DNA from: Ignavibacteriales bacterium
GTDB taxonomy: Bacteria > Bacteroidota > Ignavibacteria > Ignavibacteriales > DAOSCP01
DNA: 64,000 nt
Reading direction: 5' to 3'
NCBI GenBank assembly: GCA_035379625.1
Contig: DAOSVM010000006.1
Location: forward strand, 11,485-75,484
Position numbers and translations under genes: made by a program. This document shows, piece after piece, positions 18,701 through 27,394 of this stretch. A model generated the notes under the pieces. The model ran no database searches and was not told the DNA's origin. It saw nothing but the letters and a program-made list of their open reading frames with translations. How positions within the stretch are numbered: the first letter of the stretch is position 1; every line of letters begins with the position of its first letter.

Positions 18701-19082
18701 TACAAAAGATCGTGATGCATATTTTAAATCCTTACATTTACCAATAAGCGAAGAATATTCGCAGAAATATTTTAAATACACAAATATTCCAGGTAATGAT
18801 AAACCAGGTGATTATAATATGGGTAATGAATTTACACCTATTGTACCTGCAGTTTCTACTACATCATTATCAATTTATCATCCAGATGTAATTTATTATA
18901 TACAAGGGCAATATATGCAAAGTTCAACAGGAAAACCAGAAGATTTGCAACCTGTTTCCTATGAAAAGATGAAAAAAATACTTGATACTAAATCTTACAT
19001 TGATATGCCTAATCAAAAATGGTTGAGCTTCTTAAATCCAAGATATATTTTCTGGGGTGTAAGATTAACAGTTGATTTTTAA
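15759..19082 (+). pseudogene. TonB-dependent-receptor-like outer-membrane protein interrupted by one in-frame TAA (16662-16664)
   Basis: ORFs 15759-16664 and 16872-19082 are in the same frame. The 207 nt between them are open (QAQYPSFEGWNKVSEKLLTDNDPTNDLTPLGAQKLF..). Signal peptide, carboxypeptidase-regulatory-like domain, plug-like region (..IRGGGATETVYMVNG..), and a C-terminal ..VRLTVDF barrel end. Confidence 0.75.
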
Positions 19083-19110
19083 TTTAAAGAAAATCTAAGA
19101 GGAAATAAAT

Positions 19111-21195
19111 ATGTTTGAAAAAGTATTAAGAATATCATCATTGTTAATATTGATGATAATATTACAACAAAATCTATATTCTCAAAGTGCTGAATTTCGC
19201 TGGATTTCTGTTGGTTCATTGCATAATTGGTATTCTAATTATGGTTCAGAAATTGAAGAAGGTTTTGGCCAAGAACAACAGTATGGTTTAAGGTGGCCAG
19301 CGATGTATCCAAGGCAGGATGTTCAAGCTGCTAAGGCTTTTTGGATTGGATATGATGATAATGGACAAGCAAAAGTTGTTCATGTCGGACCTAGAGTAAG
19401 TGGACAAAATGAATTTTTCCCTGTATTTTTTAAATCTTATAGGAAACGAGATGTTCCAAAATTGGATGTTAACGGAAATTCAAGTTTGCTAGGCTCTATT
19501 GAAGATCCGGATAATATCGACCCAAATATACCTTTTGATCAAATGATTGTGAATACTGTTCATACCAAAATTGGTATTACAATGACCAGAAAAATTGGAC
19601 AATTTGCTTCAGAAGGGCATGATAATTACATAATACATGATTATACATTTAAATATACAGGCATTGTTGATGGTAATGGAACAACTATTGCAAATCCGCC
19701 AACGTTAAATGGCGTATATTTCTTTTATATTTTTAGGTTATCTTGTACCAATCAAGCGAGATATGGAATAGGTAATGCAACAGGGTGGGGTATGGCTCAA
19801 ACAAATGATGCTGTAGGTGACGGTAATCCAGATTACCCACAAACAGGCTTGACTATACCTTCATACTTGAGAGCACAATATGGATGGCAAGGTAAATTTC
19901 CAGCTTTTACAACTTATGATAATGTTGGTGGTATGGTTATTGACGGTAATTTTAAAAACGGAGATAAAAATGATACTACTGGTCGTCTAGCAGCTCCACA
20001 ATTTGCGGGTGTAGTTCATTTATTTGCAAGCAAAGTTCCTAATGATTTTACCAACGATGATCCACAACAACCCAAAACTACACTTATTATAGATTCTGAT
20101 CATCAAACTATGTCTGCAAATAGTATAGACAATAAAGCAAAATGTAATTTAGAGTATGATTTAATGAAAAGTGGGCATTCTCAAAGACATTTAGCAAAAA
20201 TTGGTGAGCCAAGTACTTATTTCCAAGATGCTAAACCAACAAAAGATCCCGCACAAGGTTCGCAAGGTGGTTATTCATTTTGCAATGGTTATGGACCATA
20301 TACATTAAATCCTGGTGATAGTGTCAGAATTGTTTGGGCTGAAGCTGTAGATGGACTTTCAAGAAAAGAGGCTATTGAAGTTGGTAAAAAATATAAAAGT
20401 TATGGACCAGCTGGAATGTTAACTGATGCTGCTATTAAAGAAAAAAATACAGCATTCTTTAAGGGAAGAATTAGATTAATACAAACTTTTGATAGAGCTT
20501 ATAAAAATTTCCAAAATAATTATCAAGATGCAAAAAATGCTTATGTGCCTTCTTTAAAAGAATTTAAGGCTGTGCCACGAAATGGTGCGAATAGATTAAT
20601 GTGGGAATACTATGAAAACGAGCTACCAGACTCGATTTATATTTACAGAACAGAACAATATTATTATAACGAATTAAATTATAAGTTAGTTACTGCATTA
20701 AAAGCTGAACCAAATAAAAAACAATACGATGATACATCAGCTACAACAGGTATAGCATCTTATTATTACGCAATTTGTAAGAAAAATGGTAAAGCATCAG
20801 TTAGAACTAATAATCAATTATTATTAGAGGTTACTAAAAAACCACAAATTAATTATACACCTGATGAACAATCAGCTGTTGATAATTTAGATAAAGTAAG
20901 AGTTGTACCTAACCCATATATTATTACTGGCGATGCAAACACGCATTTATGGGGTTCAGCTAAACCTAATACAATTTATTTTAGAGGACTACCAGCAAGA
21001 GCAAAAGTTGATATTTATACAGAAATAGGTGAACATATTTACTCTTTTGAAACAAGTCCTGAGGATATTACTGAAAAAAGCTGGAATTGCCAAACAAAAT
21101 ATAATCAAACTGTAGTAACAGGTGTATACATTGCCGTAGTTAAAAATTTAGATAACGGTAAAACTAAAATTGTAAAATTTGTAGTTGTAAGATAG
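19111..21195 (+). CDS. Hypothetical secreted protein (694 aa) with a C-terminal Ig-like/T9SS-CTD-like beta-sandwich
   Basis: Signal peptide. C-terminus ..VRVVPNPYIITGD...AKVDIYTEIGEHIY...GVYIAVVKN.. resembles FlgD-Ig/T9SS-type sorting domains. The N-terminal ~550 aa are not recognisable. Confidence 0.4.
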   Translation: MFEKVLRISSLLILMIILQQNLYSQSAEFRWISVGSLHNWYSNYGSEIEEGFGQEQQYGLRWPAMYPRQDVQAAKAFWIGYDDNGQAKVVHVGPRVSGQNEFFPVFFKSYRKRDVPKLDVNGNSSLLGSIEDPDNIDPNIPFDQMIVNTVHTKIGITMTRKIGQFASEGHDNYIIHDYTFKYTGIVDGNGTTIANPPTLNGVYFFYIFRLSCTNQARYGIGNATGWGMAQTNDAVGDGNPDYPQTGLTIPSYLRAQYGWQGKFPAFTTYDNVGGMVIDGNFKNGDKNDTTGRLAAPQFAGVVHLFASKVPNDFTNDDPQQPKTTLIIDSDHQTMSANSIDNKAKCNLEYDLMKSGHSQRHLAKIGEPSTYFQDAKPTKDPAQGSQGGYSFCNGYGPYTLNPGDSVRIVWAEAVDGLSRKEAIEVGKKYKSYGPAGMLTDAAIKEKNTAFFKGRIRLIQTFDRAYKNFQNNYQDAKNAYVPSLKEFKAVPRNGANRLMWEYYENELPDSIYIYRTEQYYYNELNYKLVTALKAEPNKKQYDDTSATTGIASYYYAICKKNGKASVRTNNQLLLEVTKKPQINYTPDEQSAVDNLDKVRVVPNPYIITGDANTHLWGSAKPNTIYFRGLPARAKVDIYTEIGEHIYSFETSPEDITEKSWNCQTKYNQTVVTGVYIAVVKNLDNGKTKIVKFVVVR

Positions 21196-21231
21196 TATCT
21201 TATTTAATCAAATAAGTAATGTGAGAAAAAA

Positions 21232-22224
21232 ATGAAAGTAATAAAACTTATAATAATAACAGTAATGCTAACGCTAACAATTTTTGCTCAGCAAAAGTTA
21301 GCACAAACAGGTTTTAAATTTTTGCAAGTATCTACTGATGCAAAAATAGCAGCGATGGCAGATGCTGTAACAGCATTAGAAGGTAATTCGTCTTCTGTGT
21401 TTGCTAATCCTGCCTCTATGGCTAGGATTAGTTCACTTTTTGACGCTAATTTCGGTAATATAAAATACATAGCAGATATAAATTATTATTACGGTGTCGT
21501 TGCTTTTGCTCCAGAAATGAATAATTATGGTGTAATTGCTTTGTCGGCTGTTTATGTCGATTACGGAGAAATGATAAGAACAGTTCCTAATTCTAATGAT
21601 ATTAAATTCCCTTATACTGATTTAGGTACTTTTAAACCTTATGGACTTTCTTTAGGACTTTCTTACGCTAAAGCTTTAAGTGATAAATTCTCTATTGGTG
21701 GTAACTTAAAGTATGTAAAAATGGATTATGGGGATGCTGCTATTGCTATGTCATCTGGTTCACCAGTTTATAAAAAATTTAGTGCTAGTTCTGTTGTATT
21801 TGATTTTGGTATGTTATACCATACTGGATTTCAAAGTTTAGATTTTGCTGCATCTTTTAAGAATTTTTCTCCTGATATACAAGTTGAAAGAGAATCTTTC
21901 CAAGCACCTTTAACATTAACTATAGGATTTGCTTATAACTTAAGTGATCTTTTCGAGTTAAAAAAGGATGAACATTCATTACAAATGACATTAGATTTTA
22001 GAAAACCAAGAGACTATAAAGAGCAAGTTAATGTTGGTTTAGATTATAATATTTATAAAATGGTATCACTTAGATTAGGTTATTCTTCTCCTAATGATGA
22101 ACATTGGTTTACTTATGGTTTAGGTTTGAAATATAATGGTTTTGAAATTAACTATTCATATATACCATGGAATAATAAAGCATTCACTGATGTACAACAA
22201 TTATCTGTTAATGTAGCTTTTTAA
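21232..22224 (+). CDS. PorV/PorQ-like outer-membrane beta-barrel protein
   Basis: 330 aa with a signal peptide. Has the ..GFKFLQVSTDAKIAAMADAVTA....FANPASMA.. motif characteristic (from memory) of the PorV/PorQ family. Ends ..VNVAF. Confidence 0.55.
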   Translation: MKVIKLIIITVMLTLTIFAQQKLAQTGFKFLQVSTDAKIAAMADAVTALEGNSSSVFANPASMARISSLFDANFGNIKYIADINYYYGVVAFAPEMNNYGVIALSAVYVDYGEMIRTVPNSNDIKFPYTDLGTFKPYGLSLGLSYAKALSDKFSIGGNLKYVKMDYGDAAIAMSSGSPVYKKFSASSVVFDFGMLYHTGFQSLDFAASFKNFSPDIQVERESFQAPLTLTIGFAYNLSDLFELKKDEHSLQMTLDFRKPRDYKEQVNVGLDYNIYKMVSLRLGYSSPNDEHWFTYGLGLKYNGFEINYSYIPWNNKAFTDVQQLSVNVAF

Positions 22225-22243
22225 AAAAAATACGAGTGAAAAA

Positions 22244-23539
22244 ATGAAAAGAATAATATTATTATTCAGTATAATTTTAACAACAGTAATTATTACTGGT
22301 TGTAATCCAGAAGACGATACAACTTCTTTATGGGGCCCTGTTACATATGATTCTACTAAACATACTATAACTAATGTCGAAATAGTGAACACGGGTAGCG
22401 AACATATAGAAGGCGTTACTACTTTGAAAATAACTGGGACAAACTTCCCTAATGATTATAGAAATTTGAAAGTGTGGGTATCCCTAACAAAAGCTTACTT
22501 AGCATCAATCGATCCAGCAACTTATAAAACAACAGAATTTTATATAAAAATTCCTACAGTTTATGATCCACTTAAAGATGCTGAAAGGATTGATACATTA
22601 ACTATAAAACTTGAAAAAAATGGTGTTCCTGTATATGCAACTAGTAAATTGAACGGTGTTAAAAGAGGTGTTATTGTTCCTATTAAAATAGCAGATATTG
22701 ATAAACCAGTTAACGCTATTACATTGGATAAATCAAATAATCTTTATTTTTGCTTGACACAAAATGGAACATCAAAAGGTATTTTCAAGGGTATTATTGC
22801 AAGTAATGAATATAGCCAATTTTTGAATTTTAATGGTTTATTTAACGGATTAAAATATGGTCCAGGCGATACTCTTTATGCTGTAGGTTTTAATTATTTA
22901 GTTTCGTGTGATGGGAAAAATTTGACAAAAATCAACCAATTTGCAAATATAAATACTGCTAATGATTTAGATTTTGATGATAAATTAAATGTTTGGGTAG
23001 TTACAAAAACTGCAAAAATTATTGCATTAGTTACAAGGTCAAGTAAATATAAAAATAATGTTAAGTTTACAATAAATGATGCTGATATATATGAAATGAG
23101 AAGTTGCAAGTTTGTAAAATTAAATAATAATGCATATCTTTATGTTGCAGGTGCTGATAAAAATGGTGTTGAAAAAATTGTAAGATTTAAAATAACTAAT
23201 GATGTACTTGATACAACTCCTGAAGTTATTTTTACACTTAGTTCAGGGAAAATTTATTCTTTTGCTCTTTCAAAAGATGGTGATATTTATGTTGGAACTA
23301 ATGGCTCTATTCCTTTAATTTGGATTAAGCCAGACGGAACATACGAAAATATGTTATACTACAATAACTTGACTTCAACCTGTGTAATACAACCTAATAT
23401 TATTGCAATTGCTTATGGTATTGATAAATGTATATATGTGATAAGAGAAACTCCTGATAAGCAAACATATAAACAAACAATATTTAAAATTTATACGGGG
23501 AAAGACACTGCACCATATTATGGCAGAGGAGACAATTAA
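22244..23539 (+). CDS. Lipoprotein with IPT/TIG-like domain and beta-propeller-like repeats
   Basis: 431 aa with lipobox ..VIITGCN... ..TTLKITGTNFPND.. is IPT/TIG-like. The rest shows repetitive beta-strand patterns. Confidence 0.4.
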   Translation: MKRIILLFSIILTTVIITGCNPEDDTTSLWGPVTYDSTKHTITNVEIVNTGSEHIEGVTTLKITGTNFPNDYRNLKVWVSLTKAYLASIDPATYKTTEFYIKIPTVYDPLKDAERIDTLTIKLEKNGVPVYATSKLNGVKRGVIVPIKIADIDKPVNAITLDKSNNLYFCLTQNGTSKGIFKGIIASNEYSQFLNFNGLFNGLKYGPGDTLYAVGFNYLVSCDGKNLTKINQFANINTANDLDFDDKLNVWVVTKTAKIIALVTRSSKYKNNVKFTINDADIYEMRSCKFVKLNNNAYLYVAGADKNGVEKIVRFKITNDVLDTTPEVIFTLSSGKIYSFALSKDGDIYVGTNGSIPLIWIKPDGTYENMLYYNNLTSTCVIQPNIIAIAYGIDKCIYVIRETPDKQTYKQTIFKIYTGKDTAPYYGRGDN

Positions 23540-23570
23540 ATAAACTCAACAAAATAATTAGGGGGTCCCA

Positions 23571-24971
23571 ATGAAAAAATTACTTTAAGTAGTTCTTTTT
23601 GCTGTATTATTGAGCACAGCATTTGCCCAAAACTGGCAATACGCTGGAATTTTCCCAGATACTACAGGCGGGAAAATTAAAACATCGTTGTATTTCTTAA
23701 TGCGTGGTATGCATGGTATAGCTGTTGATAAAGATGGTAAAATATGGATGATGCCTTATTATGCAACAGATTCTATTGCTGTGTATATACCCGGTACACA
23801 GACACTTGTTGGCGGTAAAAAACAGTTAACAAGAGTATTATATTGCTTTAACCCAGATGGAACACAAGCTTCATTTTCACCTATCTTTACTGTTACTACT
23901 AAAGGTGGCGTAGTTGATACATTAGGTGAAACACTTATTACAGATAAAGGGGCTTATACATGGTCAGGTAATACTGGTAGAGGTTTAGGTTTAGATAAAG
24001 ATGGAAATATTTTAGCATCCTATTATGACCAACTTATACGAATTGATTACAAAACAGGGCAAGGTATAGATAAAGCAAAGCCAGTACCTAATGCTGCATT
24101 AACAGCTTGCTGGGGAAATGAAGAAGGTATTTTTACAGCTCAAGTTGTTGGTGGTAATCCAATGAAATTGTATGATAATGAGATGAATTATGTTAAAGAC
24201 GTGTTCCCTGCTACAAAAGGTTTTTCTCGTTCTTTTGCTGTAAAACAAATCAATGGTGAAACATACATTTTCTGGGCTGGATATTCAAATAATCAAATAA
24301 TAATTTACAAATACGGTGGTGTATTTGGTTCTACAGATTCAGTTGCAACAATACCAGGTGTATGTTCAGAATCTTTTGCTTGGCAACCTAATACTGGTTG
24401 GTTATGGGTAGGTGCAGGTTCTAAAACCGATATGCCTAATAGATTTCCTGGTGTAACTACAGCTTATAGCCCTTCTGCTTGGTATGCTTTTGATGTATCT
24501 GATCCATTACATCCTGTTTTGAAAGATAGTATTGCATGGTTCACAATGAAAAGAAATCCTTTAGAAGATGTAAGACCAAGAGGTATGGGATTTAGCCCTG
24601 ATGGAAAAACTGCATATGTATGTATCTTCAATACAGATAGACCATGTGTGGAAAAACATGTATTTGTAGGTGAGGCATTAGGAACAGATGATAAAGCTAC
24701 AAAAATTAATGGTTATATGCTAGGACAAAACTATCCAAACCCATTTAACCCAACAACAAAAATAGGTTTTACAATTCCAAAAGCTGGACATGTTACACTT
24801 AAAGTTTACAATATGTTAGGCCAAGAAGTTGCAACACTTGTTAACTCCAATATGAGTGCTGGTACACATACTGTTGATTTCAAAGCTGATAACTTGAATT
24901 CAGGTACATATGTATATCAATTAAAAGCTAACAATGTAGTAATCACAAAGAAGATGATGTTAGTAAAATAA
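23571..24971 (+). pseudogene. T9SS C-terminal-sorting-domain protein whose signal peptide carries an in-frame TAA (23586-23588)
   Basis: GGGGGT RBS, then ATG 23571: MKKLL*VVLFAVLLSTAFAQNW.., in frame with track ORF 23610-24971. C-terminus ..LGQNYPNPFNPTTKIGFTIP...GTYVYQLKAN.. is a classical T9SS CTD. Confidence 0.75.
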
Positions 24972-24988
24972 TAAATCAAGTATTATTA

Positions 24989-25016
24989 AGGCTGCTCGAA
25001 AGAGCGGCCTTTTTTT
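24989..25016 (+). terminator. Rho-independent terminator
   Basis: aggctgctc-gaaa-gagcggcct (9-bp stem with one G-U pair) followed by T7. Confidence 0.75.
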
Positions 25017-25055
25017 ATAAAGACAAAATAATTATGAATAAAGAAATAAATTATT

Positions 25056-25116
25056 TAGCTCGGACAGTGTAAGCTTATCCCGCGCATTAGCGCGGGTAGC
25101 TATCGCTAAAAATATA
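25056..25116 (+). mobile_element. Truncated copy of the repeat element (A end only)
   Basis: TA|GCTCGGACAGTGTAAGCTTA, hairpin cccgcgc-atta-gcgcggg, mini-hairpin tagc-tatc-gcta, then AAAAATAT. There is weak similarity to the element interior up to about 25250 (..attttaccataaaatattt..). No repeat array, B end or second TIR. Confidence 0.7.
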
Positions 25117-25343
25117 GAAATGAATTAAATCCATATTTTATATTTCAAATTGTCAAAATTATTTTACCATAAAATATTTATATACTAGTATTTGTAAAAT
25201 TGCTTTATCATTTGCATTTGACTTGCCTAAATAAATATTCCTCTTTAAAATTTCTTTTAATTTAAAACAAAATTAAAAAATTGTAAAATATTTTGAAAAA
25301 AAAGTTTTTATTTGTTAATTTTAAGAAAAAAATAAGGTTTGTT

Positions 25344-26243
25344 ATGGGAATATTAAATAATATGCTTGTTTATGGTATTCAAATTATGCCAAAACCACTT
25401 GTTAAACAGTTCGCAAAAAACTATATTGCAGGCGACTCATTAAATGATGCTATAAGTGTTATCAATAAACTGTGGGAAAATAATTATTTTTCGACTATTG
25501 ATTTATTAGGCGAGTTTGTTGATGGAAGATTCTTGGCTATAAAAGCAAAAAATGATATCATTGATGATATTTTGACAATCAGAAGATTAAACTTACCTAC
25601 ATATCACTCATTAAAATTAACACAATTAGGAATTGATGTAGATAAAGAGTTATGCATAGAGAACTTAAAAGAAATTTTGACTGTAGCGAAACAGGAAAAT
25701 GTATTTGTTAGAATTGATATGGAAAATACTCCTTATACTACAATAACATTAGATATTTATAAGGAGATGAGAAAATATTTTGATAATTTTGGGATTGTTT
25801 TGCAGGCATATTTGTATAGAACTGAACAAGATATTGAAGAATTAAAAGATTATAAACCAAATGTAAGATTAGTAAAAGGAATTTATATAGAAGATAAAAA
25901 ATATGCAATAAAAGACAAACAAGGTATAAGAAATAATTATATGAAATTATTGGAAAAAATGATTGATTATGGATATTACGTAGCAATTGCAACTCACGAT
26001 GATTATTTAACGAATAAAGCTATTGAAATGATTAATCAAAAAGGGATTACAAAAGATAAATTTGAATTTCAAATGCTTTTGGGCGTTCGCGAAAAATTAA
26101 GAGAAGAGATTAAAAATCAAGGCTATAAAGTTACAGTATATGTACCTTATGGAATGGATTGGTATGGGTACTCTATAAGAAGATTTAAAGAAAATCCATC
26201 TGTAGCGATGCACGTTGCTAAAAGTATATTTCATATAACATAA
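25344..26243 (+). CDS. Proline dehydrogenase
   Basis: About 299 aa from ATG 25344 (the track's TTG at 25293 is unlikely). Has ..IDLLGEFV.., ..VRIDMEN.., ..LVKGIY.., ..ATHD.. and ..FEFQMLLGVR.., typical of monofunctional PutA-type proline dehydrogenase. Confidence 0.8.
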   Translation: MGILNNMLVYGIQIMPKPLVKQFAKNYIAGDSLNDAISVINKLWENNYFSTIDLLGEFVDGRFLAIKAKNDIIDDILTIRRLNLPTYHSLKLTQLGIDVDKELCIENLKEILTVAKQENVFVRIDMENTPYTTITLDIYKEMRKYFDNFGIVLQAYLYRTEQDIEELKDYKPNVRLVKGIYIEDKKYAIKDKQGIRNNYMKLLEKMIDYGYYVAIATHDDYLTNKAIEMINQKGITKDKFEFQMLLGVREKLREEIKNQGYKVTVYVPYGMDWYGYSIRRFKENPSVAMHVAKSIFHIT

Positions 26244-26244
26244 A

Positions 26245-27267
26245 CTATTTGATGTAGTCAATAAAGTAATCAGAAAAGAAGGAAGGGAAAGCTTTGTAGT
26301 TAAGAGAAAAAGTTTTCCCTTCTTTATATATATTATAAGCACGATATGCTATCATAGCAGCATTATCACCACAATAGGATAAATCTGGGAAAACGTATTG
26401 TTTATTTATGTTTTCTGCAATAGTTCTTATTTCTTGACGTAATAAAGAATTTGCAGCAACTCCACCAACAACGGCTATGCTATTAAATTTAAATTCTTTT
26501 GAAGCTAATTCAATTTTTTTTGTTAGTGATTTTACAATAGTATATTCAAATGAAGCACAAATATCATAGAGATCATTATCTGGAATTGGAGTAGCAGGGA
26601 AATTATCTCTAACGTAATATAAAACAGATGTTTTAATTCCACTGTAAGAAAAATTGTATGGATTAGGAAGATTAGCAATAGGAAATTTTATTGCAAATTT
26701 ATTACCATTTTGAGCAGCTCGAGAAAGTTTAGGCCCGCCGGGATAACCTAAACCTAATAATTTAGCTACTTTATCAAATGCTTCGCCAGCGGCATCGTCT
26801 ATAGTTGAACCTAATTTAATAATTTTGTAATGGCTTTCAACAAGAAGTAGCATAGTATGTCCACCAGAGACGACTAAAGTTAAAACAGGAAATTCAGGTT
26901 GTGGGCTCATTAAAAAACTGGAAAAAATATGTCCTTCTATATGATTAACAGGAATAAATGGCTTTTGTAAAGAGAATGCCAATCCTTTTGCAAAAGTTAA
27001 TCCAACAAGCAAAGCTCCAATTAATCCAGGACCTGCTGTTGCACCAATTACATCAATATCAGAAAGATTTAGGTTAGTTGATTTTAATGCTTCAGTTAAT
27101 AAAGGTTTTATGGTTTGTAAATGTGCACGACTGGAAAGTTCTGGAACTACTCCACCGTAAATTTTATGAAAATCTTGTGAATAAATTAAATTTACTAAAA
27201 CTTTTTCATCTTCTAAAATAGCAACGGAGGTTTCGTCGCAGGATGTTTCTATTCCTAATACTTTCAT
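26245..27267 (-). CDS. tsaD: tRNA N6-adenosine threonylcarbamoyltransferase
   Basis: 340 aa with MKVLGIETSCDETSVAI.., ..HIEGHI.. and ..VVSGGHT.. Confidence 0.92.
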   Translation of the reverse strand: MKVLGIETSCDETSVAILEDEKVLVNLIYSQDFHKIYGGVVPELSSRAHLQTIKPLLTEALKSTNLNLSDIDVIGATAGPGLIGALLVGLTFAKGLAFSLQKPFIPVNHIEGHIFSSFLMSPQPEFPVLTLVVSGGHTMLLLVESHYKIIKLGSTIDDAAGEAFDKVAKLLGLGYPGGPKLSRAAQNGNKFAIKFPIANLPNPYNFSYSGIKTSVLYYVRDNFPATPIPDNDLYDICASFEYTIVKSLTKKIELASKEFKFNSIAVVGGVAANSLLRQEIRTIAENINKQYVFPDLSYCGDNAAMIAYRAYNIYKEGKTFSLNYKAFPSFFSDYFIDYIK

Positions 27268-27394
27268 ATTTTGTAAAATTAATTAAACAAAAATACACAA
27301 AAAAAACTTAATTTTAAATTGTTATTTTTGATGGGTTGTCGATTGAATAAACTAAAATATTTAAATTTGTGTTAAATATAAAAAAGGTTGCAAT

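Noticed and set aside
16662-23588. Genetic-code reassignment of TAA (both in-frame stops are TAA)
   Set aside because: TAA terminates most well-supported genes in this window at the expected positions (thrA, AKR, acpP, rpmF, fabF and others). A global TAA sense reassignment is therefore not tenable; local mutation, sequencing error or read-through is more likely.
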